A DNA stretch of 60,992 nucleotides, counting the filler, from Sphacelaria rigidula (taxonomy: Eukaryota): assembly GCA_964200075.2 (NCBI GenBank). It is 9 parts of 9 records of this genome, joined end to end, with 100 filler letters (N's around TTAATTAATTAA, not from the genome) between each part and the next. Parts side by side here need not be neighbours in the genome. Positions count along the whole stretch, not along the records: positions 13,577 to 20,264 come from CAXNAA020018617.1; positions 20,365 to 27,052 come from CAXNAA020018618.1; 7 more parts are not named here. One strand, written 5' to 3'. Position numbers and translations under genes: made by a program. Shown here piece by piece: positions 13,477 to 25,116 of this stretch (position 1 is the stretch's first letter; each line of letters opens with the position of its first letter). The notes below the pieces were generated by a model. That model ran no database searches, was not told the origin of the DNA, and saw only the letters and a list, made by a program, of their open reading frames with translations.

Positions 13477-13576
13477 NNNNNNNNNNNNNNNNNNNNNNNN
13501 NNNNNNNNNNNNNNNNNNNNTTAATTAATTAANNNNNNNNNNNNNNNNNNNNNNNNNNNNNNNNNNNNNNNNNNNN
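13477..13576. other. Artificial contig-joining spacer
   Basis: N44-TTAATTAATTAA-N44. Confidence 0.98.
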
Positions 13577-13607
13577 TTCCCCCCCGCCACGTGCTCGGCC
13601 TGCACTC

Positions 13608-13849
13608 CCCCCCCCCCCCCCCCCCCCCAAACCGGCCAAAAACGTGCACGGAGGCGATAATCATGAATGCGGTAAGGTCTGGTTTCTTGCTGCACGACAC
13701 GACGTATTTGGGCGTCATAGCTGATCTCGGCAGCTACTCGCCTCTCATGTGGGCGAAAATGCTGCAAATGAGCCCAATAGTGAGATTGCAGCCGGTTCGT
13801 CAGACGATCTCCGGTGCACTTTTGTGGGGGAGCTATCTCGGCATTGGTC
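13608..13849 (+). mobile_element. MITE (same family as 32573-32831), left end lost in poly-C
   Basis: Internal sequence aligns with 32600-32831. Right TIR is GGGGGAGCTATCTCGGCATTGGTC. Confidence 0.7.
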
Positions 13850-16800
13850 AGTCTTCCCTCCTTTCTCATATTTTGACCGGGAGATAAATTTCGGAGAGAA
13901 GAGATTTCACGTCTTTGTCCTCTGGAGGGTCAACCCATTCAAACACGTCGTGATCCTGAAGCGACCGGTGCTCTCAGCGCGAGCCCTGATACTAGCGCTT
14001 CTACGCAACTGACACTCCTCCCCGGTGTTTCCTGCAGGAACGGGTGCAGGTTGTTGCGGCGCACGTAGTTGTGCAGGTGAATGGTCGTCCTCAGACTGCG
14101 GGCAGAGGGAATCTTGTGTTAGACTTCGCACACCACCTCGTATCCCAACTTCCTTCGGGCAGTCTCTAGTTATCCCATGCCAATGCAGTATAGTTACTCG
14201 AAGTTTGCGGTTCTAGTCGGGTTAGCCGGCTACCATAAACACTATGTACGGCTGTGACTGTTGTAGCCCACGAGATATTACTTCCCTGCGCGACGTGCTG
14301 CAGTCGCACTTCGCTGTCAAAACTCGACATACATGTTTATACCACGTGCAACTGTCACGGTGACAGGCTAGATACCTCTCTTGTATCCTCCTAGCGCTGT
14401 CGTTGTGAATGGGGTAGATCAATGACGAGTGTCAGTCCACACTCTATGTTCACGCAGCCGGCTTTTGTAACCATTGAATCAAACAGGAAGCCTGTTCTCA
14501 CTTTTATTAACTTGACGATTGTCGCCCCTAGCTTTCACCCGTATTCACCAAAGGCGATGTAGCGGTTGATGTTGAACGTCCAAGCAGGGAGTGGAAAAAG
14601 TGTGCGGGGGACACTTCGCTGAACGTCAATCTACGACGGGGAGGCATTGCTGCCTCCCGGGTACTGGGGAAACACAAGTCTGATTATCTGTATGCTAACC
14701 TACCCCGGGAACGTGAGAGATTCCGTGTATCTATCGTACAGGAAGATTCTAGATCTGCACAACTCCCGTGACCTGCGGGTCTGGGGAGGAGATGCTGTAA
14801 ACGCCTCTCCACCCCGTGGCACTCGTCCACCCAGACGAGCCTCCATTACAGGTGCGATGAGGAATCCCACAGCAACGAATATTGAGGCTTTTCTTTACTC
14901 GTAAAGTCATGAATGGCGGAAAGGTGGACCAAAAGAAACACCTGGTCCTGTAAAAAGTCAATAAAAACACAACAATGGCCAACCCTTTGTCCGATCCTCG
15001 CACACCTCAAACAAGAAAAGCCAATGGCCAACCCTTTGTCCGATCCTCCCACACCTTAAACAAGAAAAGCAAAAGTTGCTCCCAAGAAGCGCAACTGCGC
15101 GATTGCGCTCGAATGCGCAGGAGCACACAATGCTGCTGCGGCTCGCGATCAAACAGAAGAGCACAAAATAATATGACGCACTAGCTAGAGGATGAGGCAA
15201 ACCGGGAAGGTACGGGGGATACGAGGGCTACGCAGGGAAGACCAGACTCTACGCCAAAAGGCGAACCACGTGCAACGAATGCATGGTGGGATCCCAGCCG
15301 AAGAAAAACAGAAAGTCAACAAATCAAAGACACAAAAGGGTCTAGCGCCAGCCATACAAGTGGAAGGGATGAATGCGAAGAGTCCGGTAGGCGTGGGCGA
15401 ACGTGCTCCAGGCAAGCTCTGGTCGTGGTGTAATGCGTGAGAGGAACGCGTGGTTAGGGGACCGCATCAGAATTTGAACACCCCTACGGTTAGGGTTAGG
15501 GTTGTGGTTAGTGTTGGGGCTGGGGTCAGGGGCGTGGTCCCTGCAGGGATTGGCACGATTGGTTTTGAAAAACGTCGATCCTAAGGTGTTCTGGACGACG
15601 ATGCGGTCCTCTAAGCACGCGGCCTTCTCACGCATTACAGTGGTCCGCTGGTGGCGCTTCAAGTTCGCTCCGTTGGAAGGGTGTTGGCAGTAGTGGTGGC
15701 GTGAAGAGGGTCGTACCTGAGCAGGGAAGGCGAATTAATGCTCCAGAAACCGAACTAGCAGGAAACATCAACGTCGCCTTGGAGGCAGGAAGTAGAGTGA
15801 ATACTCAAGAAGGCGCGATGACGTCGTGGGTGCGGTCGACATTGCCCTGGATGCCTCGACGGAGGCCCATGGACTTGAGCCGCTGGCGGCACCAAGAACC
15901 GCGTACGCTGATTGGTTGATGGTGTGTAACACTGAGCGGAGCTTGAGCTGCACGGGCCGAGGATCATCGATGAAGCGGACGATGTAGGTATCCGCCGCGA
16001 GGGGATCGACCGGATGGATCTGACCCAACCACCAGAGGTTATTGCTGCCTTTGTACCAAGGGAGCACGCCCTATTTTGCGCGGATGTTTCTATACCATTG
16101 TTTGGTGGGTACTAATTCGTAACCCTCAGTAATGAAGCGTGACCCTTTGTCACGATGAAGTTCGCGGGCTGCAGCGTCGCGGCGCATATTGCGATATTTC
16201 TTCTCCTTAGCAAGATGTTGCTTTGCGGGTTGCGTCCATTAGAGGAGACTTACACGGCGGTGCAACTGAAGGTCGGATTCGCGTTCCCAAGACGCTCTCC
16301 GAAGGCCTTGCCAGTGGGTCTTATACGTGACAGCGTTATTGTCTCCTCGTCCGCGAGTAATCTATTGCCCAGAGATACACGACACGGCCAGGCGGAGAGT
16401 TTGTTCGGTCACGTCGTCGGTAGTAACGTGATAAGGCGGTGACTTGGTCGAATAGCTGTGAAGCACGTGTTGTGTGAAGCCAGCAGGCAAATATTTCGGC
16501 ATATCACTGGTGTCATGCGGGTTTGTGCGAGGTTTGCATCGATGCACAGAGACGCGGGAGTTAGCTTCATGTCCCTGAAGGTCGCGAGGGGGGTCAAGAT
16601 AGAGAATTTTGTCGCCAACAGGTTTCCCATCAGGTAACGATGGCGAGGGGCCGATGGACAAAATCTGAAATGGTCCTGTCCAGTTGAGAGACAATTCAGC
16701 CTTCAAGACTGTTTCGTTGGCGGCTCTGTCAGCGCCTTGGCGGATGGTCGACAGACTGTTGTCAACCCAGACCCAATCGCCAACCTTTTGGGTAGGGCGT

Positions 16801-19800
16801 TTTTGCATCAAGTCTTGAAGAGCGGTGTTGGATCTCTCGACGCGCGAAGCGTTTATAACGTGTTGTTCACGTACGAGGGTGAAGGCTTCGCGCTGTCGCG
16901 TACGCGCAAGTTCATGATAAGATATCTAATCCTGATCCAGGCCTTGGTGGCCATCGAAAGTGTCTCTCTCGAACACGGTGATGGGCAAACGAGGGGAGCG
17001 TATAAAATGTAATTCATTCGGAGAGAGGCCAGTAGCGGCGTTGACCGAGTTGTTGTAGGATAGCATGGGATGCGAAATATGGAGGTCCCAATCGTTTCGA
17101 CGGCCGTTAACCACCATAGATAGCATCTGTGCCATAACGTGGTTAACACGCCCAGTTCCACCATTTCCATTGGGGTGGTGAGCGTTCATGACAATCTTGC
17201 GAATGTTCAGGAGCTTGTGGCGTTTATCCGAGAGGTCGCAGTAGAATTGCGGACCATTGCCGGACAGGAGCCGTTTTGAGCAACCGTAGCGCTTACTATA
17301 GTCGTGAACCAAAATGTCCGCTGTGTCTGCGGCTGTGAAGTCTCCACCGGTGACAGCGTACATAGACGTATGGCGACTGAAACGGTCATTGAATAGTAAA
17401 ATGTAGGTGATTCCACGACCCGTAGTCGGGAACGGACCGAAATAGTCAAACGACACGAGGTGACCAGGGGCGTTAGGAAGTTCCATGGAAATGACGGGCC
17501 AACGTATTGTCTGTCGTGAAGTTTTACCGGCTTGGCACGTGAAGCAGCACCAAATCCCAGAACGGGTGGACGCTTCCATACCGGATCAGCCGTAGAAGCG
17601 TTTCAGTTGCGCTAATGTGCGCGCGGCACCCAGGTGACAAGACAAGTCAGAGTGGCAGCCTTTCATGACCCATGGTCGCATCAGAAATGAAACATATACG
17701 CGGGTTGGTTCGCTATTGAGTAGGCGTGCATGGCGTTCAGTGGTCGCGGCTGAAGATGTACCCGACTGGGTCGTAGGGCGACGACCAAGCAATGGGATAC
17801 CGTCATCAGCGGTGAAAATGGTGCCCTTACGGGCGAGTTCATATACCTCGAAGGCATTTGGCGGTGGAGGCAAAATCTTCACGTGAATCGAAATGTGAAA
17901 AGCCGAGCACAGCGAGAAGCTGGGAATTCCCGCGCCTGGGTCCGTTCTAGCTAATATCGCCAATATGATGCGCTTCATGCAGCCTGAACCCGACTATCAG
18001 GTGCTGTATGGCCATTGTTTTTCGTGACAATTTTAGCTGGCTTTGGGGAGGGGTTATGGTAGAGAGTGTCCATCTGGAATAGGAACAGGGCAGCCAAGTT
18101 GTAAGTACCGCATTGTCGCGCGGCAAAATGGTTCAGATTGCTGTTCACGAGCCCAATCACGATGAAAGTAGCTAGTGAGGAACTCGCGCAGTTGACCTTC
18201 CGCTGGAGAGCCGAGCAGGCATGGGGACTCAGGAAGTGGCGAAACAGGCGATGGGGCGGGGGTGCCGACGTCAATATCCACATCGGGATCAGGGTCGAAG
18301 GCGGTCTCTCCATTAGCAGGAGGTACGAGCATGGCTGGTGCCGCGGAAAGCGCCTTTGAAGGAGTGTCCGATGGGGAGCGTGATCGAAACGTGTTGCGCG
18401 TCATGCGCGGGGCGCGCGGGCGCTGGGAGCCGGTGCGGTGCGGCTCGGGGAAGCAGCAGGCGTGGTTGGTGACGCCGGAGTACGTGAAGAGTGGTGGCGG
18501 GCGGCGGACTGAAAGCGCGTATTGTCGGAAATAAGATGGATAGCTGTCGGTGGCGGTGCAGATATGATTGCGCGAGGGCCGAAAGTGCAGAGATGATCGG
18601 CAAAATCAGCGGTTGTGAGCTTTAGTCCACCCAAGACTGTATCACATGGCTGGGGGCGAGGACCTCCCATGTGCATGCCCGTTTAGGGGCAGTGCAAGTC
18701 AAGGGCGTGAATGGGCGTGGAAGAACGCCGGATGGGGTAGACGTTGGTTCGTCAGGTTTCGTTAGTGAGTAGGCTGGACTGAAGTCGACTGCCGTTGGAG
18801 GCACACGCAAGCGGGAAAGAAGATCAACATTCCCGTTGGCCTTACCTGAGCGATGCTTAACATAATACTAGTGAGCGGTCCAAAACCCCAACCAACGCTG
18901 TACGCGTGGATTATGTTCGCCAACCTTAGCGAGTTGTTGGAGGGTGCCGCGGTCCGTACTTATGTGGGTAGGCACGTGGAACAGATATTGTCGAGGGCTC
19001 TTGATAGACCAAGTAATGACCCCACCTTCCAGCTCGAGTGGGCTCCAGTTTGCCTCATTTGGTTGGTGGCACGGCTGATATAGAGGATGGGTTGGAGAGA
19101 GCCATGGAGTTGCGGTTGGTTCAAAACGGCGCCGAACCCATCGGTGCTGGCGTCGGTGTGCAGTTGGAACAGACGACAGCCATCCCAGTCCGGGAAACAG
19201 AGGGTCGTTTTTTCAGAAAGCGTTCTCAGCAAAACACGGACAATGATTCCCATGTCTTTGATGAAGACGAACGTGACGTCTTTCTTCAGTGGGTCTAAAA
19301 GGACAAATCCATTTGGACAAGTTGGGCAAAAATTTGGGATAGTGAGAGAGTTCGCCTAGCAAAGAGCGAAGCTGAGAAATGTTGGCGGGCATGGGCGTGT
19401 CAGTCATCGCCCTGACTTTATTAGTGTCTAGGTGTAGGCCCGCTGGGTAGATGGACTGTCCCAGAAAACCCAATTCAGTAGCCCCGAGGCGAGCTTTGGG
19501 TAGAGATAGTTTCAGATCATGCGTGCGCAAGCGAGGAGAGAATTCGTGTAGAGTGCAAACATGTGTCTTGAGTGAAGCATTGAAAGCCATAGAGTCGTCT
19601 AAGACATGATGAGGTCTTCGAGGCTATCGGTGACTCGTTGCACTAGGCGTTGGAAACAGCGTAGTGCGGCGGTGGCGGCACCTTGTGGCATACGGAGCCA
19701 GTCGTAGAGCCCGGGAGATGTACAGAACAAACTCAATGAAGCTGTGTCAAGGTGGATGGCATTCTCGAAAAATGAAGAAGCGAGGTCAAATGTCCTGAAA

Positions 19801-20029
19801 TATATTTCTTCACCAAGGGAGTCGAAGACGTGATCGATACGGGGGATCAGAAGGTTTCCCACAACAGTGACGCAGTTTAACCGTTTGTAATTTACGGTGA
19901 TGCGTGTGTTTCCATCCTTTTTGGGGATAACAAGAAATGAGGCCCATGGGGAGGACGAATGTTAGATCAAACCGCCCCCCCAATTATGCATCTAAAATGA
20001 CATTGACCTTTTCAGTGAGGAGTGGGTTC
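13850..20029 (-). mobile_element. Degenerate Ty3/Gypsy LTR retrotransposon (chromovirus-type), 5'-truncated
   Basis: Frameshifted and stop-interrupted pol in the order RT (SSPWASFLVIPKKDG, WLRMPQG; ~19213-20029), RNase H (LHTDASTDGFGAVL; ~18850-19250), integrase (CH..H zinc finger, FDYFGP, DRFSR, NGGTGRVN; 16926-17978), GPY/F (WTGPF) and chromodomain (YKTHWQGLRRASWERESDL, ~16260-16380). A PPT GGGGAGGAG followed by TGTCA at 14014 marks a probable 3' LTR (13850-14014, interrupted by a MITE). Confidence 0.92.
14973..15070. repeat. Two tandem ~49-bp repeats in the Gypsy 3' non-coding region
   Basis: AATGGCCAACCCTTTGTCCGATCCTC.CACACCT.AAACAAGAAAAGC x2. Confidence 0.85.
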
Positions 20030-20119
20030 TGTGACGATTTAAGAGACAACCAACGAGACTCCTGACCAGTCAGCGCTGACTGGTCAATAGTCTAGTTGGT
20101 TGTCTCTTAAATCGTCACA
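20030..20119. repeat. 90-bp near-perfect palindrome (TG...CA) at the point where the Gypsy RT is cut
   Basis: 45-bp arms with 3 mismatched positions and no loop. Confidence 0.9.
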
Positions 20120-20264
20120 AAAGCTAGTCGTGGGGTTCAATCTCCGTCACCTTCACTCCGAGGAGGGCGACTCCCCTTGCCAGCGCTCTATCGACTGCCA
20201 TCAGGACCTCTAGTGGTGTCGCTTTCACTGGATCCTAGAGTTCCTCGTCTCCCCCACTCATTCC

Positions 20265-20364
20265 NNNNNNNNNNNNNNNNNNNNNNNNNNNNNNNNNNNN
20301 NNNNNNNNTTAATTAATTAANNNNNNNNNNNNNNNNNNNNNNNNNNNNNNNNNNNNNNNNNNNN
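20265..20364. other. Artificial contig-joining spacer
   Basis: N44-TTAATTAATTAA-N44. Confidence 0.98.
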
Positions 20365-21301
20365 CGTTCGACAAACGTTTGCTGCTTTCGTCGAGGAAGT
20401 CTCTCCAAATACCCCCCCCCCCCACCCCCCCACTCCCTATCGTAGGATGACTCGGTTGGGTCTTGAAATGCATTTCTGGTCTCTCCCGACAGTACAAAAC
20501 AGCAATAACATACTGACTTTGGCGCGGAAGCAGCCAGTATCAACCAACCACGTGAAGGCCGAGTGATTTTTTCGACCACGTGTATCATGACTTGTTAATT
20601 TACTTTTTTGCGCCGAGAGTAACAACGCAAATTGTTTGGTGACCATCTAGGACCACCACAATGGAGCTGCCTTCGCCGGCTTTGTTGTACATGTCAACAG
20701 TAGGTCGTACGCAACTGGAGGGGTACATCTAGTGGCGACAATCATTCAACCAATCAGCCCATATGATAAATATCAAGGCAGCAAGGCACGGTTGACCATT
20801 GCTGTTTATCGCCGGTGATACCCCTTTTATGGGCTAGCTGCTCCGTCCTACCGAGGAGATTCATCGACAAATGGTCTGAGCATCAAGGCTATGCAAACAT
20901 GAGCGAGACAGCCCCCACCACCACCACCACCACCGCTGCGGAAGCCATGCAGGTCTGATATTTACACTATTGCCATGACGCCTAGCGGGAACAGGAAGAG
21001 CGCGTTTGCGCGCATCAAGTTGGGCGATGAGGGTGGTGCAGTATCTCGGGTCAACATATGAGCTTTGTCAAGTCTAGTACCCCTGGGTTTTCGTGTAGTT
21101 TGTTAACCCGCAAAGATATACCACGCATGGTTCGTCTGCGACGTTGAGGCCGGTTGTCAACAAACCCTTCGCTCCCAGTTGCGCCGGAATTTTCATTTCC
21201 TCTCTCACGTCGTGATAACACGAACCGCAAGTCCACACACACACACACATACCGACTCACATTATCAAGATGTCGGGGATGCACCCGGAGCTCGATACAG
21301 G

Positions 21302-24300
21302 CTAGGATCCATAGTCTGCCGCAGCTAGCCCATCGCCGTCGCAGCCGCCATCTCTGCTTTTCATGGAGTTCATCCCCCTGTTCGATGCGGCCTCGCCTGG
21401 CTTGAAAATTCCGCCGCCCTCACACCTCGCATTCATCTTCACGTCCCTCCCAGAAGCTTGAATGTCGGGGAACCCTAACCTTCCCCCGCCGCTTCCGCTG
21501 GCACCACCGCCGCCACTACCGCCGCCGCTGCCGCCGTCCTTGAATACAGCGAGCTTTGGTAATTGAGTAAGGCTCGCTCCAAACCCTTCACCACTACGCA
21601 CACAACCTCGTGAAGACTCCTTCAGTCGGCCTTGATTTAGTATGGTAAACGAGGGTCCGACGGTGCCGCCACTGGTAGCGCCGCTTGCGTAGCTGGCTGC
21701 TTCTATAACACCGGAACTCATGGTCGCGCCCATGTGTCGTATGCTCCCGCCCATATGTCGTATGCTCCCGCCCATGTGTCGTAGGCTCCCGCCTAGGGAA
21801 ATACCGCGCAGATCGTGAAGGCTCTCACTGAAAACCGAGTCAATTGAGGAGAGACGGAGTCAGAGAGAGAGAACATCAAGCGACAAGTCGTTTTCGGATT
21901 CATTTTGCAGGTAGGGTATGGGAGGTACTTCGGCTAATGCGGGAGAGGTTCAGGAGTACCGTGCCCGAGGCGAATAGGTACGGTGGGTCTGGGCGTCGTC
22001 GCCGGGAGGGGGGAAGAGGGGCTGCTCGACGCATGGAGGAACATTGACACCGACGGTTTTGGTTCGATTAGGGGTGACTTGAAGCAAATAGACGCAAAGC
22101 GGCAATTCTACGGTGTGTAGTCCAGGTAATCGGGAAATATGAGCAAACACTTAGGTCACTATGACTCCGCAGAATCTCGTACTTTCCCCGGAGCCTACCG
22201 CAGAGAGATACACAACCATGTGCTTTTGGTACCCGGAACGGCTTCCGGGAAAACAGTATACTCACACCTAAACAAAGGACATATGTTTCTCAGGTCACTG
22301 TTCAGACATTCAGTTGAAATATATCACCAGGTCGGCCTTGCAGCAATGCTCTCGTTCAATCAACAAGTAAACCAACGGGGTCCACACTGCGCTGTCTTTC
22401 TACAGTTGACACAATATCGATACGCGACCCAGACGGTGGACACCCGACCCACCGCCACCTCATACGTTTTCTCTTGAACGAACTGATCTCGTTGAAACCA
22501 TCTTGTTCCTCACACTTTACCCCCCCTCGCGCCCCTTCCCGCACAATCCCTTGCAGATTTGGCTGTCACGTCGGGCGTATATTCGCTGTGCGCGTACGTT
22601 TCATATTACACGCTACCCATCAACTCCAACGCCGAGAACTCACGAACCCTGGTTCCCGGGAGGGCTGCCGTTCCAAACACTGCTATTGTTACCAATGCCA
22701 AATATAGCCCTCGTGCTCCCGCCGAATGTCTTCCGCCAGGAGTCCGCGGGTGTCCAACCCTCATCAGCATCGGCTGCTGTAGCTACCATCGCAGCCGTGT
22801 TTTCCATATTTTCGGTGTATCCCAAGGAAGAGAGCAACACGCTTCGGCATTTTTCCAACCCCTCTTCGGTAAGGCCGAGGGTGTGCAGCGCCTTCATACG
22901 CTGACGGTCCGCGGCCGTGTAGCCCAACAATTGCTCTTCCTTTGTCGTGATGTGTCCTTCGTTTGGATCCCTGCATGAGCGCCGGGAGCGGGGGGGTCAT
23001 GATTTGTCGAAAATAACAGCGTGGAAAGCTCAATTCATTCTAGTGTGAAATTGCAGTTTTTGCGCATGGTTGTACGTCTAAAACGTTCAAGATAAGGTGT
23101 CTGAAACATTTTACCAAGCGTTCACCCTGCCGGCTTCCAAGTACTGAAAGGGCCTATCGATTGATCGTGAGTAACTTTTGTGCTTTTTCCTCCTTGGGCG
23201 TGTGCGTGTGCTTGTGCCCGCGTCATTCGGGTTTTTGCGCTAGTGAAATCACCTGCCTATCTTGATCAACTTCTCGCTGATGGAGATATCGTCCTCAGAC
23301 ACCCCCATCATCATCAACGCTTTCACCCTGCGTGTCTGTTCCAAATTCAGCCCCCAGTGTCGGTGAAGAAGTTGGTCTCTAGTATACTTTGTGGAGAGAT
23401 GCTTCTCCCCTTCTTCACAGTCGCCACAACCACCATCATCATCAGCAGCACGATTAGTACCCGTGCCCACACCCTCCGCCGTTACCGCCCCCATCGCCTC
23501 TCGATTCTGCGGCTCCGGGCTGCCGCCGGCCATAGCATGGTCGTGTCGTTGCTGGTGCCTTTGCGGAGCCCCCGCCCCCTCCCCTTCGCGGCGTTGTCCG
23601 ACATATTTCGGCTGTCCTTGTAGTGGTAGTATCTCTGGTGGAGAGGCTGATGGTCCATCAGGAATGTCTCCTCGGGGTGACGGCTGTGGTTCTTGTTCCT
23701 GCTGGGGTTCTTGTTCCTGCTCTGGTTGATGTTGCTGTTGGGTTGAAAGACCTTGCAATGAAGATGGAATATTTTTGTCATCGCTGTCTTGCTTATGTAG
23801 AATAGCAGCCGATTCCGTGGGTGCTGTCGCCTCAGTCGGTGTGCCCTCGCCCAGTTGATCCGGTTGGTCCGGTTGGTCTGGTTGGTCGGGTTGTTCCGGT
23901 CGTCCCTGTTGGTCCAGCTTCCCCGGCGGGTCCGACTGCTTCGGTTGTTCCGGTTGCTGTTGTTTCTCTGGTTGGCCCGGCGGATCTGCTTGTTCGAATT
24001 GATCTAGTTGCTCCGGTTGCTCCGGCGGGTCCGGTTGCTCCGGCGGGTCCGGTTGCTCCGGTTGCTCCGTTTGCTCCGTTTGCTCCGGGTGCTCCGATTT
24101 ATCTGATTGGTGCGGTCGGCCATACGGGTCCGGTTGATCCAGACTTGCCGGTTGGTCTGGTTGAACCGGCGGATCCGGTTGAACCGGCGGACCCGCTTGA
24201 TCCAGTTGATCTGGTTGGTCCGATTGGTCCAGCGGCTCCGGTTGCTCCGGTTGCTCCGTTTGATTCGATTGGTTCGGTCGGCCCGGCGTGCCCTGTTGAT

Positions 24301-25116
24301 CCAGGTTTGCCAGTTGATCTGATTGATCCGGTTGAACTGGCGGGTGCGGTTGTTCCGGTTGTTCCGGTTGTTCGGGTTGTTCCGGTTGGCCCGTTGTATC
24401 CGGTTTATCCTGTGTATCCGGTGTACATAGTGTATCCGATTGGTCTGGTTGGTCCGGCGCGCCCGGTTGGTCCAGTTGGTCCGGTTGGTCCGGTTGATCC
24501 GGTCGACCCGGCGAGTCCGGTTGATCCAGGTTTTCCGTTTGGTCTGGTTGGTCCGGTTGAACAGGGGGGTTCGGTTTTTCCGGTTGGCTCGGTGAATCCG
24601 CTTGATCCGGTCGATCCGGTTGGTTCGGTTGGTCCGTCGCGTCCGGTTGCTCTGGTTCATACGATTGTTCCGGTTGGCCAGATTGATCCAGTTGTTCTGG
24701 TTGGTCCGGTTGGTCCGGTTGGCCAGGCGGGTCCGGTTGTTCCGGTTGTTCCAGTTGGCCCGGCAGATCCGGTTGCTCCCGTTGGGGCTGACGCTCTGAC
24801 TTCGGCACGAGCAAGCTTGGAGTAGGGGCAGCAGCTGTAACAGTAGTAGGATTAGTAGGGTGGGGGCTCTGATTGCTTACATCGGCTGTCAGTGGCTGCT
24901 CTACTAAGGAGTTGCCCCTATATTTTTTGTTGTAGTCATCGGTGTCAACGACTTCGCCGTCGTGTTGTCGTTCTTGCCGCAACGACGGCATATCGCCGCC
25001 GATGTCTGATCCTGTTGCTGTTGTTATTACCGCCGTGATGGCCGCTGCTGTCATTGCTGCTGCAACATCGTCGCGGCTTCCCCAATGTGAAGGTGAGTGG
25101 GCTTTATGCCCAACTG
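21302..25116 (-). CDS. Hypothetical protein with a large (QP[DE])n tripeptide repeat, multi-exon, 5' end unresolved
   Basis: Phase-compatible GT-AG exons ~25116-23253, 22970-22644 and 21827-21302 (stop). They contain a ~310-aa Gln/Pro/Asp/Glu repeat, two R.KAL...G.[ST]E[DE] helical repeats spanning the exon junction, three GGS[IL]RHM repeats and a Gly-rich tail. Confidence 0.65.
23853..24790. repeat. Degenerate 9-bp coding minisatellite (CAA CCG GAN)n
   Basis: Periodic CCGGTTGGT/CCGGTTGCT units. They also keep overlapping frames open on both strands. Confidence 0.9.

Noticed and set aside
15486..15532. TTAGGG telomere-like repeats
   Set aside because: Only two to three units, quickly degenerate and internal to a TE region, so not a chromosome end.
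23821..24825. Plus-strand 334-aa (GPV/PVD)n collagen-like ORF and minus-strand 218-aa Arg/Asn-rich ORF
   Set aside because: Shadow frames of the 9-bp repeat. Gly is not at every third position, and only the QP[DE] frame extends beyond the repeat and splices in phase.
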